Shown here piece by piece: positions 33,663-43,526 of a stretch of DNA of 64,000 bases. Source of the stretch: Anaerolineae bacterium. GTDB lineage: Bacteria > Chloroflexota > Anaerolineae > CG2-30-64-16. Below the pieces are notes generated by a model. The model made no database searches. It worked only from the letters and a program-made list of their open reading frames with translations, and had not been told where the DNA came from. Location of the stretch: assembly GCA_040766655.1 (NCBI GenBank), contig JAXGQB010000013.1, positions 31 through 64,030 of the forward strand, written 5' to 3'. The position numbers and the translations under genes are program-made. Positions within the stretch are counted from its first letter, which is position 1, and every line of letters begins with the position of its first letter.

Positions 33663-36158
33663 TTACCCCTTGTCCCGCAGGGCGCGCCAGACGCGCTCGG
33701 CGGTGAACGGGAAATCGTCGATGCGGACGCCGGTGGCGTCGTGGATGGCGGCGGCCACGGCGGCTGCGACGGGCAGATAGGGCACTTCGCCCATGCCGCG
33801 CGCGCCCCAGGGGCCGTTGGGATCGGGCACTTCGACGATGATGGACTGGAGCTCGGCGGGCACGTCGAGGATGGTGGGGATGAGGTAGGTGCTGAGCCGG
33901 TCGCTCAACACCCGCCCGTCCTGCGTCTTCCAGTCCTCGAGGAGGGCGTAGCCGAGGGCCTGGACGACAGCGCCCTCGATCTGGCCGACGACCTGCTGCG
34001 GGTTGATGGCCCGACCCACATCGTCGGCGCAGATGAATTTCTCGACGCGCACCTGGCCGGTCTCCATGTCGACCGCGACCTGGACGGCCTGGGCCGTGTA
34101 GCCATAGGCGAAGTTGGGCTGGCCGTAGCCGGTGTCGTGGTCCATCGTGGTGGTCTTGGGCGCCAGGTAGACGGTCTCGCCGACGGCGGGGCGCTCCTCG
34201 CTCTCCCAGGCGGCCAGCGCCTTTTCGGCCGCGGCCTTGACTGCGTTGCCGCTCATGTAGGTCAGGCGGGAGGCGGACGCGCTGCCGGAGCTGCCCATGA
34301 GGGATGTGTCTGAGACGACGACGCGCACCTTCGCCAGCGGCAGGCCGAGCACCTCGGCCGCGGCCTGGGCGATGATGGTGTGGTTGCCCTGGCCGCAGTC
34401 GGCGCCGGCGTAGTAGACGACTGCTTCGGCGATCTCGGCGCTGCCGCGCAACTCGACGCGCGCGTAGCTGTTTTCCTGGTAGCCGAGGGAGAAGCCGACG
34501 TTCTTGAAGCCGGCGACGAAGCCGATGCCGCGACGGATGCTGGCGCCGGACGCGGCCGGCGCCGATTGAAGATTGTCCTTCGACTGCGCGGCCGCTGCGG
34601 CGGCGCTCCGCTCAGGATGCCTGGTATCCGGTATCCGGTCCTTCGACTGCGCGGCCGCTGCGGCGGCGCTCCGCTCAGGATGCCTGGTATCCGGTATCCG
34701 ATCCCCGGTCTCTGCCTCCCGGTCCCCGGTCTCTGCCTCCCGATCCCCGGTCCCCGATCCCCAGTCCCCGGTCCCCGATCCCCGGTCGCCGGGATCCAGC
34801 AGGGCGGGGCGATGCCAGTGGCCGGCGGGGTCCTGCTGCCAGCCGGCGGCGGCCGCGGTGGCGATGACTGCGTCGGTGAGCCCCACGCCGCCGGGGATGG
34901 GCGTCCCGACGGTGAGGAGCTTGTCGGCGGTCAGGATGTTCTTCAGCCGCAGCTCGACGGGGTCCAGGCCCAGGGCCTCGGCGAGGCGATCCATCTGCAG
35001 CTCGGCGGCAAAGTGGCCCTGGGGCCCGCCGAAGCCGCGGAAGGCGGCGCCGGGGACGTTGTTGGTGTAGACGGCGTAGGTGTCGACCGCGACGTGGGGG
35101 ATCTCGTACGGCCCGGTGCAGGTCTGCGTGGTGTTGCCGAGCACCTTGTTGCTGGTGTACATGTACGCGCCGCCGTCCGCGATGACCCGCACCTCGACCG
35201 CGGTCAGCATGCCGTCGCGCCTGGCGCCCCAGCGGGTGTAGATCTTCATGGCGTGGCGCTTGCCGTGGCCGATGAGTGATTCCTCGCGCGTCCAGATCGT
35301 CTTGATGGGGCGGCCGCGCAACTCCTCACGCTGGCCCAGGCGCCAGGCGGCCAGGGCCAGGGTGATCTGCACGGACATGTCCTCGCGGCCGCCGAACGCA
35401 CCGCCGATGGCGGGGTAGATGACGCGCACCTGGTCGAGCGGCAGGTCGAGGGCATGGGCGATCTGCGCCTGGTCCTCGTGCGCCCACTGGCCGGCGACCT
35501 CGACGGTCACGCGGCCGGCTTCGTCCAGGTAGGCGACGCCCGCTTCCGGCTGGAGGTAGGCGTGTTCCTGGACCGGCGTCTGATAGATGTTCTCGATGAT
35601 GACGTCTGCCTCGGCGAAGCCCTGTGCCAGGTCGCCCTTGCGGATGCGGTAGCTGTAGCAGACGTTGCTGTCCCGGTTGGGATGCAGCAGCAGGGCCCCG
35701 GGCTGCATCGCCTCTTCGGCATCGAGCACGAGGGGCAGGTCCTCCCACTCGACCCGGATGAGCCTGGTGGCCGCGCGGGCCTGGGCTTCCGTCTCGGCCA
35801 CGACGAGCGCCACCTGGTCGCCGACGAAGCGCACTACGTCGGCGCCTGGCGCGGCTGACCCGGGACCGCAGAGCACGGGCTGATCCTTGATCTGCAGGCC
35901 GTAGGCGTTGACGGGAACGTCCTGCGCGGTGAAGACGGCCACGACCCCGGGTGCGGCCGCCGCCGCGGTCGTGTCGATGCTGAGCACGCGCGCATGCACT
36001 TTACCCGCGAAGAGGGTGGCCATGTGGAGCATGCCGGGATGCGCGATGTCGCCGGGATAGAGGGTCTTGCCGGTGACTTTGCCCGGCGCGTCGATGCGGC
36101 GGGCGCTGGCTCCGACGCCATCAGGAGAGGGATTGGCTGCGGAAGATGGTGCGCTCAT
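33663..36158 (-). CDS. Xanthine dehydrogenase family molybdopterin-binding subunit (set 1)
   Basis: Start [10 protein letters not shown]...RIDAPGKVTGKTLYPGDI is at 36158, and ATGA overlaps the upstream stop. GGAFGGRED, AFRGFGGPQG and a GQIEGAVVQALGYALLE-type C-terminal motif are present. The track start 36746 is a spurious extension. Confidence 0.85.
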   Translation of the reverse strand: MSAPSSAANPSPDGVGASARRIDAPGKVTGKTLYPGDIAHPGMLHMATLFAGKVHARVLSIDTTAAAAAPGVVAVFTAQDVPVNAYGLQIKDQPVLCGPGSAAPGADVVRFVGDQVALVVAETEAQARAATRLIRVEWEDLPLVLDAEEAMQPGALLLHPNRDSNVCYSYRIRKGDLAQGFAEADVIIENIYQTPVQEHAYLQPEAGVAYLDEAGRVTVEVAGQWAHEDQAQIAHALDLPLDQVRVIYPAIGGAFGGREDMSVQITLALAAWRLGQREELRGRPIKTIWTREESLIGHGKRHAMKIYTRWGARRDGMLTAVEVRVIADGGAYMYTSNKVLGNTTQTCTGPYEIPHVAVDTYAVYTNNVPGAAFRGFGGPQGHFAAELQMDRLAEALGLDPVELRLKNILTADKLLTVGTPIPGGVGLTDAVIATAAAAGWQQDPAGHWHRPALLDPGDRGSGTGDWGSGTGDREAETGDREAETGDRIPDTRHPERSAAAAAAQSKDRIPDTRHPERSAAAAAAQSKDNLQSAPAASGASIRRGIGFVAGFKNVGFSLGYQENSYARVELRGSAEIAEAVVYYAGADCGQGNHTIIAQAAAEVLGLPLAKVRVVVSDTSLMGSSGSASASRLTYMSGNAVKAAAEKALAAWESEERPAVGETVYLAPKTTTMDHDTGYGQPNFAYGYTAQAVQVAVDMETGQVRVEKFICADDVGRAINPQQVVGQIEGAVVQALGYALLEDWKTQDGRVLSDRLSTYLIPTILDVPAELQSIIVEVPDPNGPWGARGMGEVPYLPVAAAVAAAIHDATGVRIDDFPFTAERVWRALRDKG
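34564..34790. repeat. Composite in-frame insertion in the Mo subunit: GATTGAA, then a 63-bp unit duplicated in tandem (34575-34637, 34638-34700), then a CCCCGGT/CCCCGAT/CCCCAGT array
   Basis: gtccttcgactgcgcggccgctgcggcggcgctccgctcaggatgcctggtatccggtatccg occurs twice. Translated as RIPDTRHPERSAAAAAAQSKD twice, preceded by GDRGSGTGDWGSGTGDREAETGDREAETGD. Confidence 0.95.
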
Positions 36159-37657
36159 GGGACCGCCTTCTCGACCGCTTCGAGTATCTTGTAGTAGCCG
36201 GTGCAGCGACACAGGTTGCCGGTCAGCGCTTCCTTGATCTGGCCCGGGGTCGGGTGTTCGACCTCTTCCAGCAGATTCGCGGCCGACATGAGGATGCCGG
36301 GGGTGCAATAGCCGCACTGAACCGCAGCGGCTTCGATGAACGACTGCTGCAGCGGGTGGAGGACGATGGTTTCGTCTTGCACCTGGGCCAGGCCTTCGAC
36401 CGTGACGACGTTGCAGCCCTCCGCGCGCTCGGCAGGCACCAGGCAGCTCATGACCGCGATGCCGTCGAGCCAGACGGTGCACGCACCGCACTCGCCCTCG
36501 TCGCACCCTTCCTTGGTGCCGGTGAGGCCGGCGTCCTCGCGCAGTGCGCGCAGGAGGGTCTTGCCGCGGGCGTGCGGCAGCTCGACGGGCTGGCCGTTGA
36601 GGGTGAAGCGGATCGGTGCATCCGGGCCGACGTGGCCTGGGCCGGCGGGGCCCAGGTCGACGGGGCCAAGGTCGGCCCCTACGGTGTCCCGGCCGCCCGT
36701 ATGCGGCGCCGCATGGCCGTTGCCATCGCGGCCGTGCTTGCCCCACAGCAGCACGGGCCGCTCAGGCCACCCGACCTGGCCCTGGCTGGCCTCGCGTTCG
36801 GTGCCGTCGCGCAACTGCCGCAGCGCGCGGGCGGTGTACACGCCGACCATCTCGCGGCGGTAGTCGGCTCCGGCCCGGATATCCGTGATCGGCCGGGAGG
36901 CCGCGGAAACGAGTTGCGCTGCGTGCTCGACCACATCCTCGCTGAGTTGCTTGCCGGCCAGGTAGGCCTCCGCCTCCGCCGCGCGCAGGATCGTCGGCGC
37001 GACTGCACCCATGGCAATGCGCGCCCGCGTGACCCGGCCGTCGCCGTCGAAATCGAGGACCGCGGCCACATTCAGCAGGCTGATCGCCTGTGCCTGGCGC
37101 AGGCCCAGCTTGAGAAACGTCCCGCGCTCGCTCGGCCTGAGGATCGGCACGTCGATACGGACGACCATCTCGTCGGGCTGGAGTGCGGTGCGGCGCACGC
37201 CGTGGAAGAACTCGCCGAACGCCAGGGTGCGCTCGCCGCGGGCCGCGCTGGCCAGCGTGATCCTGGCGTCCATGGCCCAAAGGGGCGTAATCGTATCGTT
37301 TGCCGGGCTGGCCGTCACCAGGTTGCCGGCCACGGTCCCGCGGTTGCGGATCTGTGGTGCGCCCACCAGCCAGCACGCACGCGCCAGGGGAAACGCATGT
37401 TGCACCGCCAGATCACTGCCGACGACTTGATTGTGGGTGACAGCAGCGCCGAGCGTCAGGACATCGCCGCTCAGAGTGATCTCGTCCAGCCCGGCCACGC
37501 GCGAAACGTCCATCAGGATTTTCTGCGAGCGCACGCCGCGCTCCAATTCCAGGATCAGATCGGTGCCGCCCGACATCACACGGCAGGACTCGCCGTGCTG
37601 GGCCAGCAACGCGAGTGCTTCTTCGATTGTCGATGGTGCATGATAGCTATGCCACAT
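36155..37657 (-). CDS. Fused FAD-binding (CoxM/XdhB-like) and [2Fe-2S] (CoxS/XdhC-like) subunit of xanthine dehydrogenase family enzyme (set 1)
   Basis: ATG 37657 ([24 protein letters not shown]) starts the FAD domain ([22 protein letters not shown]). After the linker comes [10 protein letters not shown]...[12 protein letters not shown]...CGYCTPG...LCRCTGY. Confidence 0.8.
   Translation of the reverse strand: MWHSYHAPSTIEEALALLAQHGESCRVMSGGTDLILELERGVRSQKILMDVSRVAGLDEITLSGDVLTLGAAVTHNQVVGSDLAVQHAFPLARACWLVGAPQIRNRGTVAGNLVTASPANDTITPLWAMDARITLASAARGERTLAFGEFFHGVRRTALQPDEMVVRIDVPILRPSERGTFLKLGLRQAQAISLLNVAAVLDFDGDGRVTRARIAMGAVAPTILRAAEAEAYLAGKQLSEDVVEHAAQLVSAASRPITDIRAGADYRREMVGVYTARALRQLRDGTEREASQGQVGWPERPVLLWGKHGRDGNGHAAPHTGGRDTVGADLGPVDLGPAGPGHVGPDAPIRFTLNGQPVELPHARGKTLLRALREDAGLTGTKEGCDEGECGACTVWLDGIAVMSCLVPAERAEGCNVVTVEGLAQVQDETIVLHPLQQSFIEAAAVQCGYCTPGILMSAANLLEEVEHPTPGQIKEALTGNLCRCTGYYKILEAVEKAVP
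36622..36685. repeat. GTAGGGGCCGAC-type repeat forming the linker between the FAD and FeS domains
   Basis: tccgggccgacgtggcctgggccggcggggcccaggtcgacggggccaaggtcggcccctacgg. Translated as [22 protein letters not shown]. Confidence 0.8.
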
Positions 37658-37672
37658 AGATATCCTCACTTT

Positions 37673-37837
37673 TGGGGACTGGGGACTGGGGATCGGGGAC
37701 TGGGGACCAGCATCCAGCATCCAGTATCCAGCATCCAGGGATGTAGGGCGTGCCACCAGGCTGGGTGGCCGGGCCACCAGGCTGGGTGGCCTTAAGGACG
37801 GGCACCAGGCCCTATGCTACTGGGGCCTGGTGCCCGG
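37673..37837. repeat. Intergenic mosaic: GGGGACT array, CCAGCAT array, two 21-bp GCCACCAGGCTGGGTGGC hairpin units, and a 12-bp-stem hairpin
   Basis: ggggactggggactggggatcggggactggggaccagcatccagcatccagtatccagcatcc...gccaccaggctgggtggccgggccaccaggctgggtggcc...gggcaccaggccctatgctactggggcctggtgccc. Confidence 0.95.
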
Positions 37838-37847
37838 GCCTTTGGGC

Positions 37848-39185
37848 TTAGCCGACCCGCTTCCAGACCTGCACGGCCAACTCCCGTGCACGAGCCATGA
37901 TCGCAGCTTCGTCGAGCGTTGTCAACTGGCGATCCTTCATCAGCACCTTGCCGGAAGCAATGGTGTGCGTCACGACCGCGGCATCCACGCCGAACAGGAT
38001 GTGCCACGGCAGGTTGCCCGGCGAAAGGGGCGTGGGCGGGTCATAATCCCACACGACCAGGTCGGCAAACGCGCCGGGCGTGATCTCGCCCAGCGGCTTG
38101 GGGAAGAATACCCGCGCCAGATCCGCGTTGTTCGCGTACTGCATGGCCAGCACCACGTCGCCCGGCATCGTGCGCGGATCGCGCGTGTTGTGCTTGTGCG
38201 CCAGGTAGGTGGCCTTCATCTCGTCGACCATGAAGTTCGAGAACCCGTCGTTGCCGAGCGCGACCGGGATGCCGCTTGCCAGCATGCCTGTGACGTCCGG
38301 CAGTCCGACCGCGTTGTTCATGTTCGAGCGCGGCTGGTGCGTCACGTGCGTGCGCGTCTCGCGCAGGATGTCCTTCTCGTACGCGTCGAGGTGCACGCAG
38401 TGGACGGCGATCGATTTTGGCCCGAGAATGCCATGGTTGTGCAGCCGCTCGACCACGCGCATGTTGTACTTGCGCAGGCTGTGGTCCTGATCGGCCTGAT
38501 CCTCCGCGACGTGGATGTGGAAGCCGGTGTCCAGGCCCTGGGCCGCGGCCACCGAGTTATCGAGCGTCTCGTCGGACAGCGTCAGGGCCGCGTGCAGGCC
38601 GAACGAGCCGGCGAGCTGCGGGTCCTTCTCCGCACGGCAGCGTTTGAGCCAGCGAACGTTCTCCGCGATGCCGGCCGCCGCGCCGTCCATGCCGTTACGG
38701 TCGGTCACTTCGTAGCAGAGGCTGGCGCGCAGTCCGGCCTCCTTGACCGCCTCGGCAATGACGTCCAGGCTGCCATCGATCGCGTTCGGGCTGGCGTGGT
38801 GGTCGATCAGCGTGGTGCAGCCGTGCTTCACGGCATCCACCAGGCAGATGAGGGCGCTGTACTTCACGTCCTCCCACAGCAGCGCCATGTCGAGATTCCA
38901 CCACAGCTTCTCGAGGATCTCCACGAAGTTGGTCGCAGGCGCGCCGGGAATGGCCATGCCGCGGGAGAACACGCCGTAGAAGTGGGTGTGGCCGCATGGC
39001 ATGCCGGGAAGGACGACCTTGCCGCCCACGTTGAGCCGCTCTGCGTGCGGATGGCGGGCGAGCAACTCCGCGGTGGTCCCGACCTCTGCGATCGTGTCGC
39101 CTTCGATGTAGACCGCGCCGTCAGGAATCAGCTCGTTGGCGGCCCCCAGGGTGAACACCCGCCCATTGGTTACCAGTAAACTCAT
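37848..39185 (-). CDS. ssnA: SsnA-type amidohydrolase (chlorohydrolase/deaminase superfamily, selenium-metabolism-linked family)
   Basis: The N-terminus MSLLVTNGRVFTL...VVLPGMPCGHTHFYGVFSRGM parallels the E. coli SsnA HNHFYSGLSRG region. Metal ligands HxH and a downstream HVAE are present. Confidence 0.75.
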   Translation of the reverse strand: MSLLVTNGRVFTLGAANELIPDGAVYIEGDTIAEVGTTAELLARHPHAERLNVGGKVVLPGMPCGHTHFYGVFSRGMAIPGAPATNFVEILEKLWWNLDMALLWEDVKYSALICLVDAVKHGCTTLIDHHASPNAIDGSLDVIAEAVKEAGLRASLCYEVTDRNGMDGAAAGIAENVRWLKRCRAEKDPQLAGSFGLHAALTLSDETLDNSVAAAQGLDTGFHIHVAEDQADQDHSLRKYNMRVVERLHNHGILGPKSIAVHCVHLDAYEKDILRETRTHVTHQPRSNMNNAVGLPDVTGMLASGIPVALGNDGFSNFMVDEMKATYLAHKHNTRDPRTMPGDVVLAMQYANNADLARVFFPKPLGEITPGAFADLVVWDYDPPTPLSPGNLPWHILFGVDAAVVTHTIASGKVLMKDRQLTTLDEAAIMARARELAVQVWKRVG

Positions 39186-39202
39186 GTGAGTCTCCTTGTT
39201 CC

Positions 39203-42200
39203 TTATTCGATGATCAGGTGCGGCAGCGTATCGGTCACACCCTTCAGGAGGACGGCCAGCTCGGCCGCATCGCGCAGAGACAGCGAGCCGGTGAACTGCT
39301 TCCGAACCGCTACGTCACGGACCTCGAAGTCGTGGGTCAGCACGATGCGCGCCTCGGGGCACTCATACACCAGGTGGCCGTTGTCGCGGCTGAGCCGGGT
39401 CTCGCGGCCCATATCGCGATGCCGGATGACGCGGCAATCGCTGTTGCGATTGCCGTTGGTGATGCGATAGGCATTGTGATTCTCTGCCAGGAAGTCCTTC
39501 TCGTTCAGGAAGAGGCGCGGCTTGTCCAGCCAGGGCTGGCCGTGATGCACGCAGAAGGTGGTGCAGTCGCCGCACGCATTGCAGAAGTCGTTGATGTTGA
39601 TGATCTGCCGCTCCTGGCCGATCACGAAGCGCTCGTAGCCTGTCACGCGCGCCGCGTCTCTCGTCATGGTCAGGCGGGGCAGCATGACGTCGACGGGGCG
39701 CATCAGGAAGGTCTGGTTCGCGCGGTTGGGGCACACCTCGACGCACTTGTCGCAGAAGGTGGTGCACTGCACGCAGCGCGCGGCCTCCGCCTCGGCCTGC
39801 TCGCGGGTGAAGCTCAGATCGATGAGGTCGAAGCTCTGGCGCAGCTCGATCGGCAGCATGTTGGTGGGCACCTGCGGCAGCTTGCGCGCGCGCACGTGCT
39901 TGACCTCGGTGATCTCCTCGGCAGTGAGGCGGGGCATGTCCGCCGGCGGCTGGTCGAACGGAACGCCGAACTGCCAGCAGATCGACTCGGCCGCGCGGCG
40001 TCCGTCGCCGCACGCAGCGATGATGCTTTCGGGCCCGGCCTCGGCCGCGTCGCCGCCCGCGTAGACGCCGGGGACGCCGGTGCTGCCGCTGGTGTGGTCG
40101 ATGGCGATGCCGCCATCGCTGCACACCGTCACGACGCTGCCTTCCAGGAATGCGAAGTCAGGGTTCTGGCCGACGGCCACGATCACGGTGTCGCAGGGGA
40201 TCTGGAACTCGCTGCCAGGGATCGCAACCGGCCTGCGACGGCCGTCCGGCCCGGGCTCGCCCAGCTCGTTGCGCAGGCACTCCAACGCCACGACGGCGCC
40301 GGCGTCTCCGGCGCTGGGGCCTTCCCCGGCGCGCACGACGCGCACGGGCGTGGTGAGCTCGAGGAGGACGTTGCCTTCCTCCAGCGCGCCCTCGATCTCC
40401 TCGATGCTGGCCGGCATCTCCTGGCGGGTGCGGCGGTAGACGATGGTGGTCGGGTTGCCGGTCAGGCGCTGCGAGGTGCGCACCGCGTCCATGGCCGTGT
40501 CGCCGCCGCCGATCACCAACGCTTTGCTGCCCAGGTGCGGCCTCTCGCCGCGGCGGGTGCGATCCAGCAGGGTGAGCGCGGCCCACACGCCGGGGCCATC
40601 CATGCCGGGGATGCGCAAGGGGGTGTCCCGCTGGAAGCCCGTTGCGAGATATACGGCGTCGAACCCCTGATCGAGTAGCTTTTCCGGCGCACCGGTGATG
40701 GGATGGTTCAGCGCCAGCTGGACGCCCATGCCCAGGACGCGATCCACGTCGCGCTGGATGACTTCCCACGGCAGGCGGAACACCGGCACCATGCGCATCA
40801 TGCCCGCGATGACGTCCTTCGCCTCGAAGATGGTCACGTCGATGCCGTTGAGCGCCAGGTAGAAAGCGGCCGACCAGCCCGATGGGCCCGAGCCGATCAC
40901 GGCCGCCCGCTTGCCCACTTTTTCCTTGGGAACCAGCGGGGTCGCGACGCCGTTTTCCTCCGCGTAGCGTTTCAGCGCGCGGATGGCGACCGTCTCTTCG
41001 TAGTCGTTGCGCACGCAGCGCGTCTGGCACAGGTGATTGCAGACGTACCCCGTGACGCCCGGCAGCGGATTGCGTGCCAGGATCACGTCCAGCGCCTTGT
41101 CAGGGTCGCCTTCCTTGATCCACCAGTTGTATTCCGGCACATCCTGGCAGACCGCGCATTGCTCCATGCACGGCGCCACGATGCAGTCCCACAGGCCCAG
41201 GCCCGACCGCACCTTGGGCAGGCCGTAGGGCACGTATTCCTTCTTCCACCGGTGATCGGTGAGCGCGGCGGCCGCGGCGGCCTGCAGGTTCTCCAGCTTG
41301 TTGGCGGAGAACTGCTCGAGGCTCGTCGCGCCGGCCGCAGCCATGGCGGCGCCGAGGTTGTCCAGCCACTGGGAGAAGCGGGCGTAGCCGCCGGGCTTCA
41401 GCAGGTCGGAGCACGCCGTGATGGGAACCGGCCCGCACGAGGCGATCGTGGCGACGTTCAGGGCGTCGGCGCCGGCCGAGTAGGAGACGCGCAGGTTGCC
41501 GTTGAACTCGTGCGCCAGCTTGTTGAACAGGTTCATGGTCACCGGGTAGAGCGCACGGCCCGACATGTACATCTCGTCGCCGGGCATCACCTGCTTGTGG
41601 TTGTGCATGGCGAGGGTGTTGCTCAGCTTGACGCCGAAGGCCAGCCCCTGCTGCGCAGCCACTGTCTGCATCCGGCGGATGAGTCCGACGGCCTTGTCGT
41701 ACGCGATGTCGTGCTCGAAGACGGAATCGGGGATGTAGATCTCCTTGAAGCCCAGGGCATTGTGCAGGATATCGAGCACCTGCTCTTTACCGAGCAGCGT
41801 GGGGTTCATCTTGACGATCGTGTGCAGCTTGCGCTCGGTCAGGAGATACTCGGTGATGCGCTCGATCTCATCCGGCGGGCAGCCGTGCATGGTGGACAGC
41901 GTGATGCTGTTCGCGATGCTGTCGGGAATCTCGATGTCGGCGAACTGGGGGAAGTCGCGGCGCAGGATGGCCTTGATCTGGGCCACCTCTTCCGCGGCGT
42001 TCTCCATCTTGTTCATGAAGTTGACCACGCGCGGGCTCTGGATGCCCTCGAGGTTATAGCCGACGCTCATGTCGAAGATGGCGCCCATCGAATGGGCGCC
42101 CACGGACTGGGCACCGACGGGCGGGGTGACACCGTCCCTGCCGTCCCAACCCAGGATGCGCGGCAGGAGGTGGAGGATTGCCCACGCGACCACATACTCG

Positions 42201-42583
42201 TGCGCGGACTCTTCCAGCTTCAGTTCCTGGGACCACTCGACGTTGTAGCCCTCGTCTTCCATATCGATGCAGGGCCGCGGGATCTCCAGCTCGTCCAGGA
42301 TCTGGACCGTCTTCAGCTCGATGAAGCGGCCGCCGCACAGCCACGCGCTGATGATGTTCTGGCTGAGCTGCGTGTGCGGGCCGGCAGAAGGTCCGATCGG
42401 AGTGGCAAGGTACTTGCCGTAGACGTTGGGGACGGCAAACGCGATGCCCGGCATCGGCGCATCTGGCTTTGGGGTGTAGAAGAACGACTTGTGGATGCCG
42501 AAGATGGACCCGTTCGCCTCGTACTCCTTCAGAATCCGTCGCAGTTGGACGGCGAAGGGTTGAATCATCAAGTAGTCGGACAT
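39203..42583 (-). CDS. ygfK: YgfK-type Fe-S/flavin oxidoreductase (putative selenate reductase subunit YgfK family)
   Basis: MSDYLMIQPFAVQLRRILKEYEANGSIFGIHKSFFYTP parallels the YgfK N-terminus. The order is a DHOD/DPD-like TIM barrel, then a GltD-like domain (AVIGSGPSGWSAA, VIGGGDTAMD), then C-terminal ferredoxin clusters (CVQCTTFCDKCVEVCP, CNACGDCTTFC). The start is 7 codons downstream of the track start. Confidence 0.8.
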   Translation of the reverse strand: MSDYLMIQPFAVQLRRILKEYEANGSIFGIHKSFFYTPKPDAPMPGIAFAVPNVYGKYLATPIGPSAGPHTQLSQNIISAWLCGGRFIELKTVQILDELEIPRPCIDMEDEGYNVEWSQELKLEESAHEYVVAWAILHLLPRILGWDGRDGVTPPVGAQSVGAHSMGAIFDMSVGYNLEGIQSPRVVNFMNKMENAAEEVAQIKAILRRDFPQFADIEIPDSIANSITLSTMHGCPPDEIERITEYLLTERKLHTIVKMNPTLLGKEQVLDILHNALGFKEIYIPDSVFEHDIAYDKAVGLIRRMQTVAAQQGLAFGVKLSNTLAMHNHKQVMPGDEMYMSGRALYPVTMNLFNKLAHEFNGNLRVSYSAGADALNVATIASCGPVPITACSDLLKPGGYARFSQWLDNLGAAMAAAGATSLEQFSANKLENLQAAAAAALTDHRWKKEYVPYGLPKVRSGLGLWDCIVAPCMEQCAVCQDVPEYNWWIKEGDPDKALDVILARNPLPGVTGYVCNHLCQTRCVRNDYEETVAIRALKRYAEENGVATPLVPKEKVGKRAAVIGSGPSGWSAAFYLALNGIDVTIFEAKDVIAGMMRMVPVFRLPWEVIQRDVDRVLGMGVQLALNHPITGAPEKLLDQGFDAVYLATGFQRDTPLRIPGMDGPGVWAALTLLDRTRRGERPHLGSKALVIGGGDTAMDAVRTSQRLTGNPTTIVYRRTRQEMPASIEEIEGALEEGNVLLELTTPVRVVRAGEGPSAGDAGAVVALECLRNELGEPGPDGRRRPVAIPGSEFQIPCDTVIVAVGQNPDFAFLEGSVVTVCSDGGIAIDHTSGSTGVPGVYAGGDAAEAGPESIIAACGDGRRAAESICWQFGVPFDQPPADMPRLTAEEITEVKHVRARKLPQVPTNMLPIELRQSFDLIDLSFTREQAEAEAARCVQCTTFCDKCVEVCPNRANQTFLMRPVDVMLPRLTMTRDAARVTGYERFVIGQERQIININDFCNACGDCTTFCVHHGQPWLDKPRLFLNEKDFLAENHNAYRITNGNRNSDCRVIRHRDMGRETRLSRDNGHLVYECPEARIVLTHDFEVRDVAVRKQFTGSLSLRDAAELAVLLKGVTDTLPHLIIE

Positions 42584-43449
42584 GGCAAACTCCTGTTCAG
42601 CCAATCGATCATGAATTGCAGCACCGCGGCCTTCTCGGGCTCGTTGTGCGTTTCATGGTAGTAGCCTTCCCACAGCTTCAGCGTGCAGCGCCCCCCTGGC
42701 ATCCGGGCCGCGAACTCCTCCGAAGCTTTCGCAGATGTGAGCTTGTCTTGCGTGCCGTGGACCAGCAGCAGGGGCAAGGGGAACCCAGCTGCGTGCGCTA
42801 ACGCCCACTCGCCGGACTCAAACATTCCCAGTGCCAGGCGCACGGAAATCTTGTTATGGACCAGGGGGTCGCTCGTGTAGGCGCGAATGACCTCGGGGTC
42901 GCGCGCCAGGCCCTCGAGGGCCAGTCCGTTGGTAATCTGGAGTCCCCCGTGGATCTTGTTGATGGCCTTGACCAGCGCGACCTGGATGGGCGGCGGCGTC
43001 GCCGTCAGGCGAAGCGCAGGGCTGGTGGCGACCACGCCGGCGATGCCGTGCTTGCTGTGCAAGCCGGGCTCCCTGCGCAAGCCGTAATTGAGCACCAGGT
43101 TGCCGCCCAGGCTGTGGCCGTAGAGGAAGCGCGGCAGGCCGCTGTATCGTGCAGCGGCCTCGTCCAGGAGCCGGTCGATGTCGGTCATGAGGTCATCGTA
43201 GGCCGGCGTGTGGCCGCGCGGGCCGCCCGAACGGCCGTGGCCGCGCAGGTCGAAGCCGAGGAGCACGTATCCCGCATCGTTGAGCGCGGCAGCCACGTGA
43301 GCGTAGCGCCCGCTATGTTCGCCGATCCCATGCACCAGGCAGACCACGGCACTGGGCGTTTCGTTCGGGGACCAGCACTGGTGGTACAGCGGCAGGCCGT
43401 CGTGTGACTGCCCGGTGAACTCGATGTGGCGTGGTTCAGTGCGCGTCAA
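42568..43449 (-). CDS. Alpha/beta hydrolase (lysophospholipase / monoacylglycerol-lipase-like)
   Basis: VCLVHGIGEHSGRY, the nucleophile elbow GHSLGG, and a late HGTQD...YHE. The preferred start is TTG 43449, 6 nt after AGGAGA. The track start 43500 lies inside a palindromic repeat. Confidence 0.7.
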   Translation of the reverse strand: MTRTEPRHIEFTGQSHDGLPLYHQCWSPNETPSAVVCLVHGIGEHSGRYAHVAAALNDAGYVLLGFDLRGHGRSGGPRGHTPAYDDLMTDIDRLLDEAAARYSGLPRFLYGHSLGGNLVLNYGLRREPGLHSKHGIAGVVATSPALRLTATPPPIQVALVKAINKIHGGLQITNGLALEGLARDPEVIRAYTSDPLVHNKISVRLALGMFESGEWALAHAAGFPLPLLLVHGTQDKLTSAKASEEFAARMPGGRCTLKLWEGYYHETHNEPEKAAVLQFMIDWLNRSLPCPTT

Positions 43450-43470
43450 TGTGTATCTCCTTGGCCCGCA

Positions 43471-43501
43471 GGTGCCCGGCACTTGCCAAGTGCCGGGCAC
43501 C
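43471..43501. repeat. GTGCCCGGCACTT palindrome (H3)
   Basis: ggtgcccggcacttGCCAagtgccgggcacc, between the PLP gene stop and the hydrolase start. Confidence 0.9.
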
Positions 43502-43526
43502 TACCTGTGGGGTCCTGGCCCCTTGG

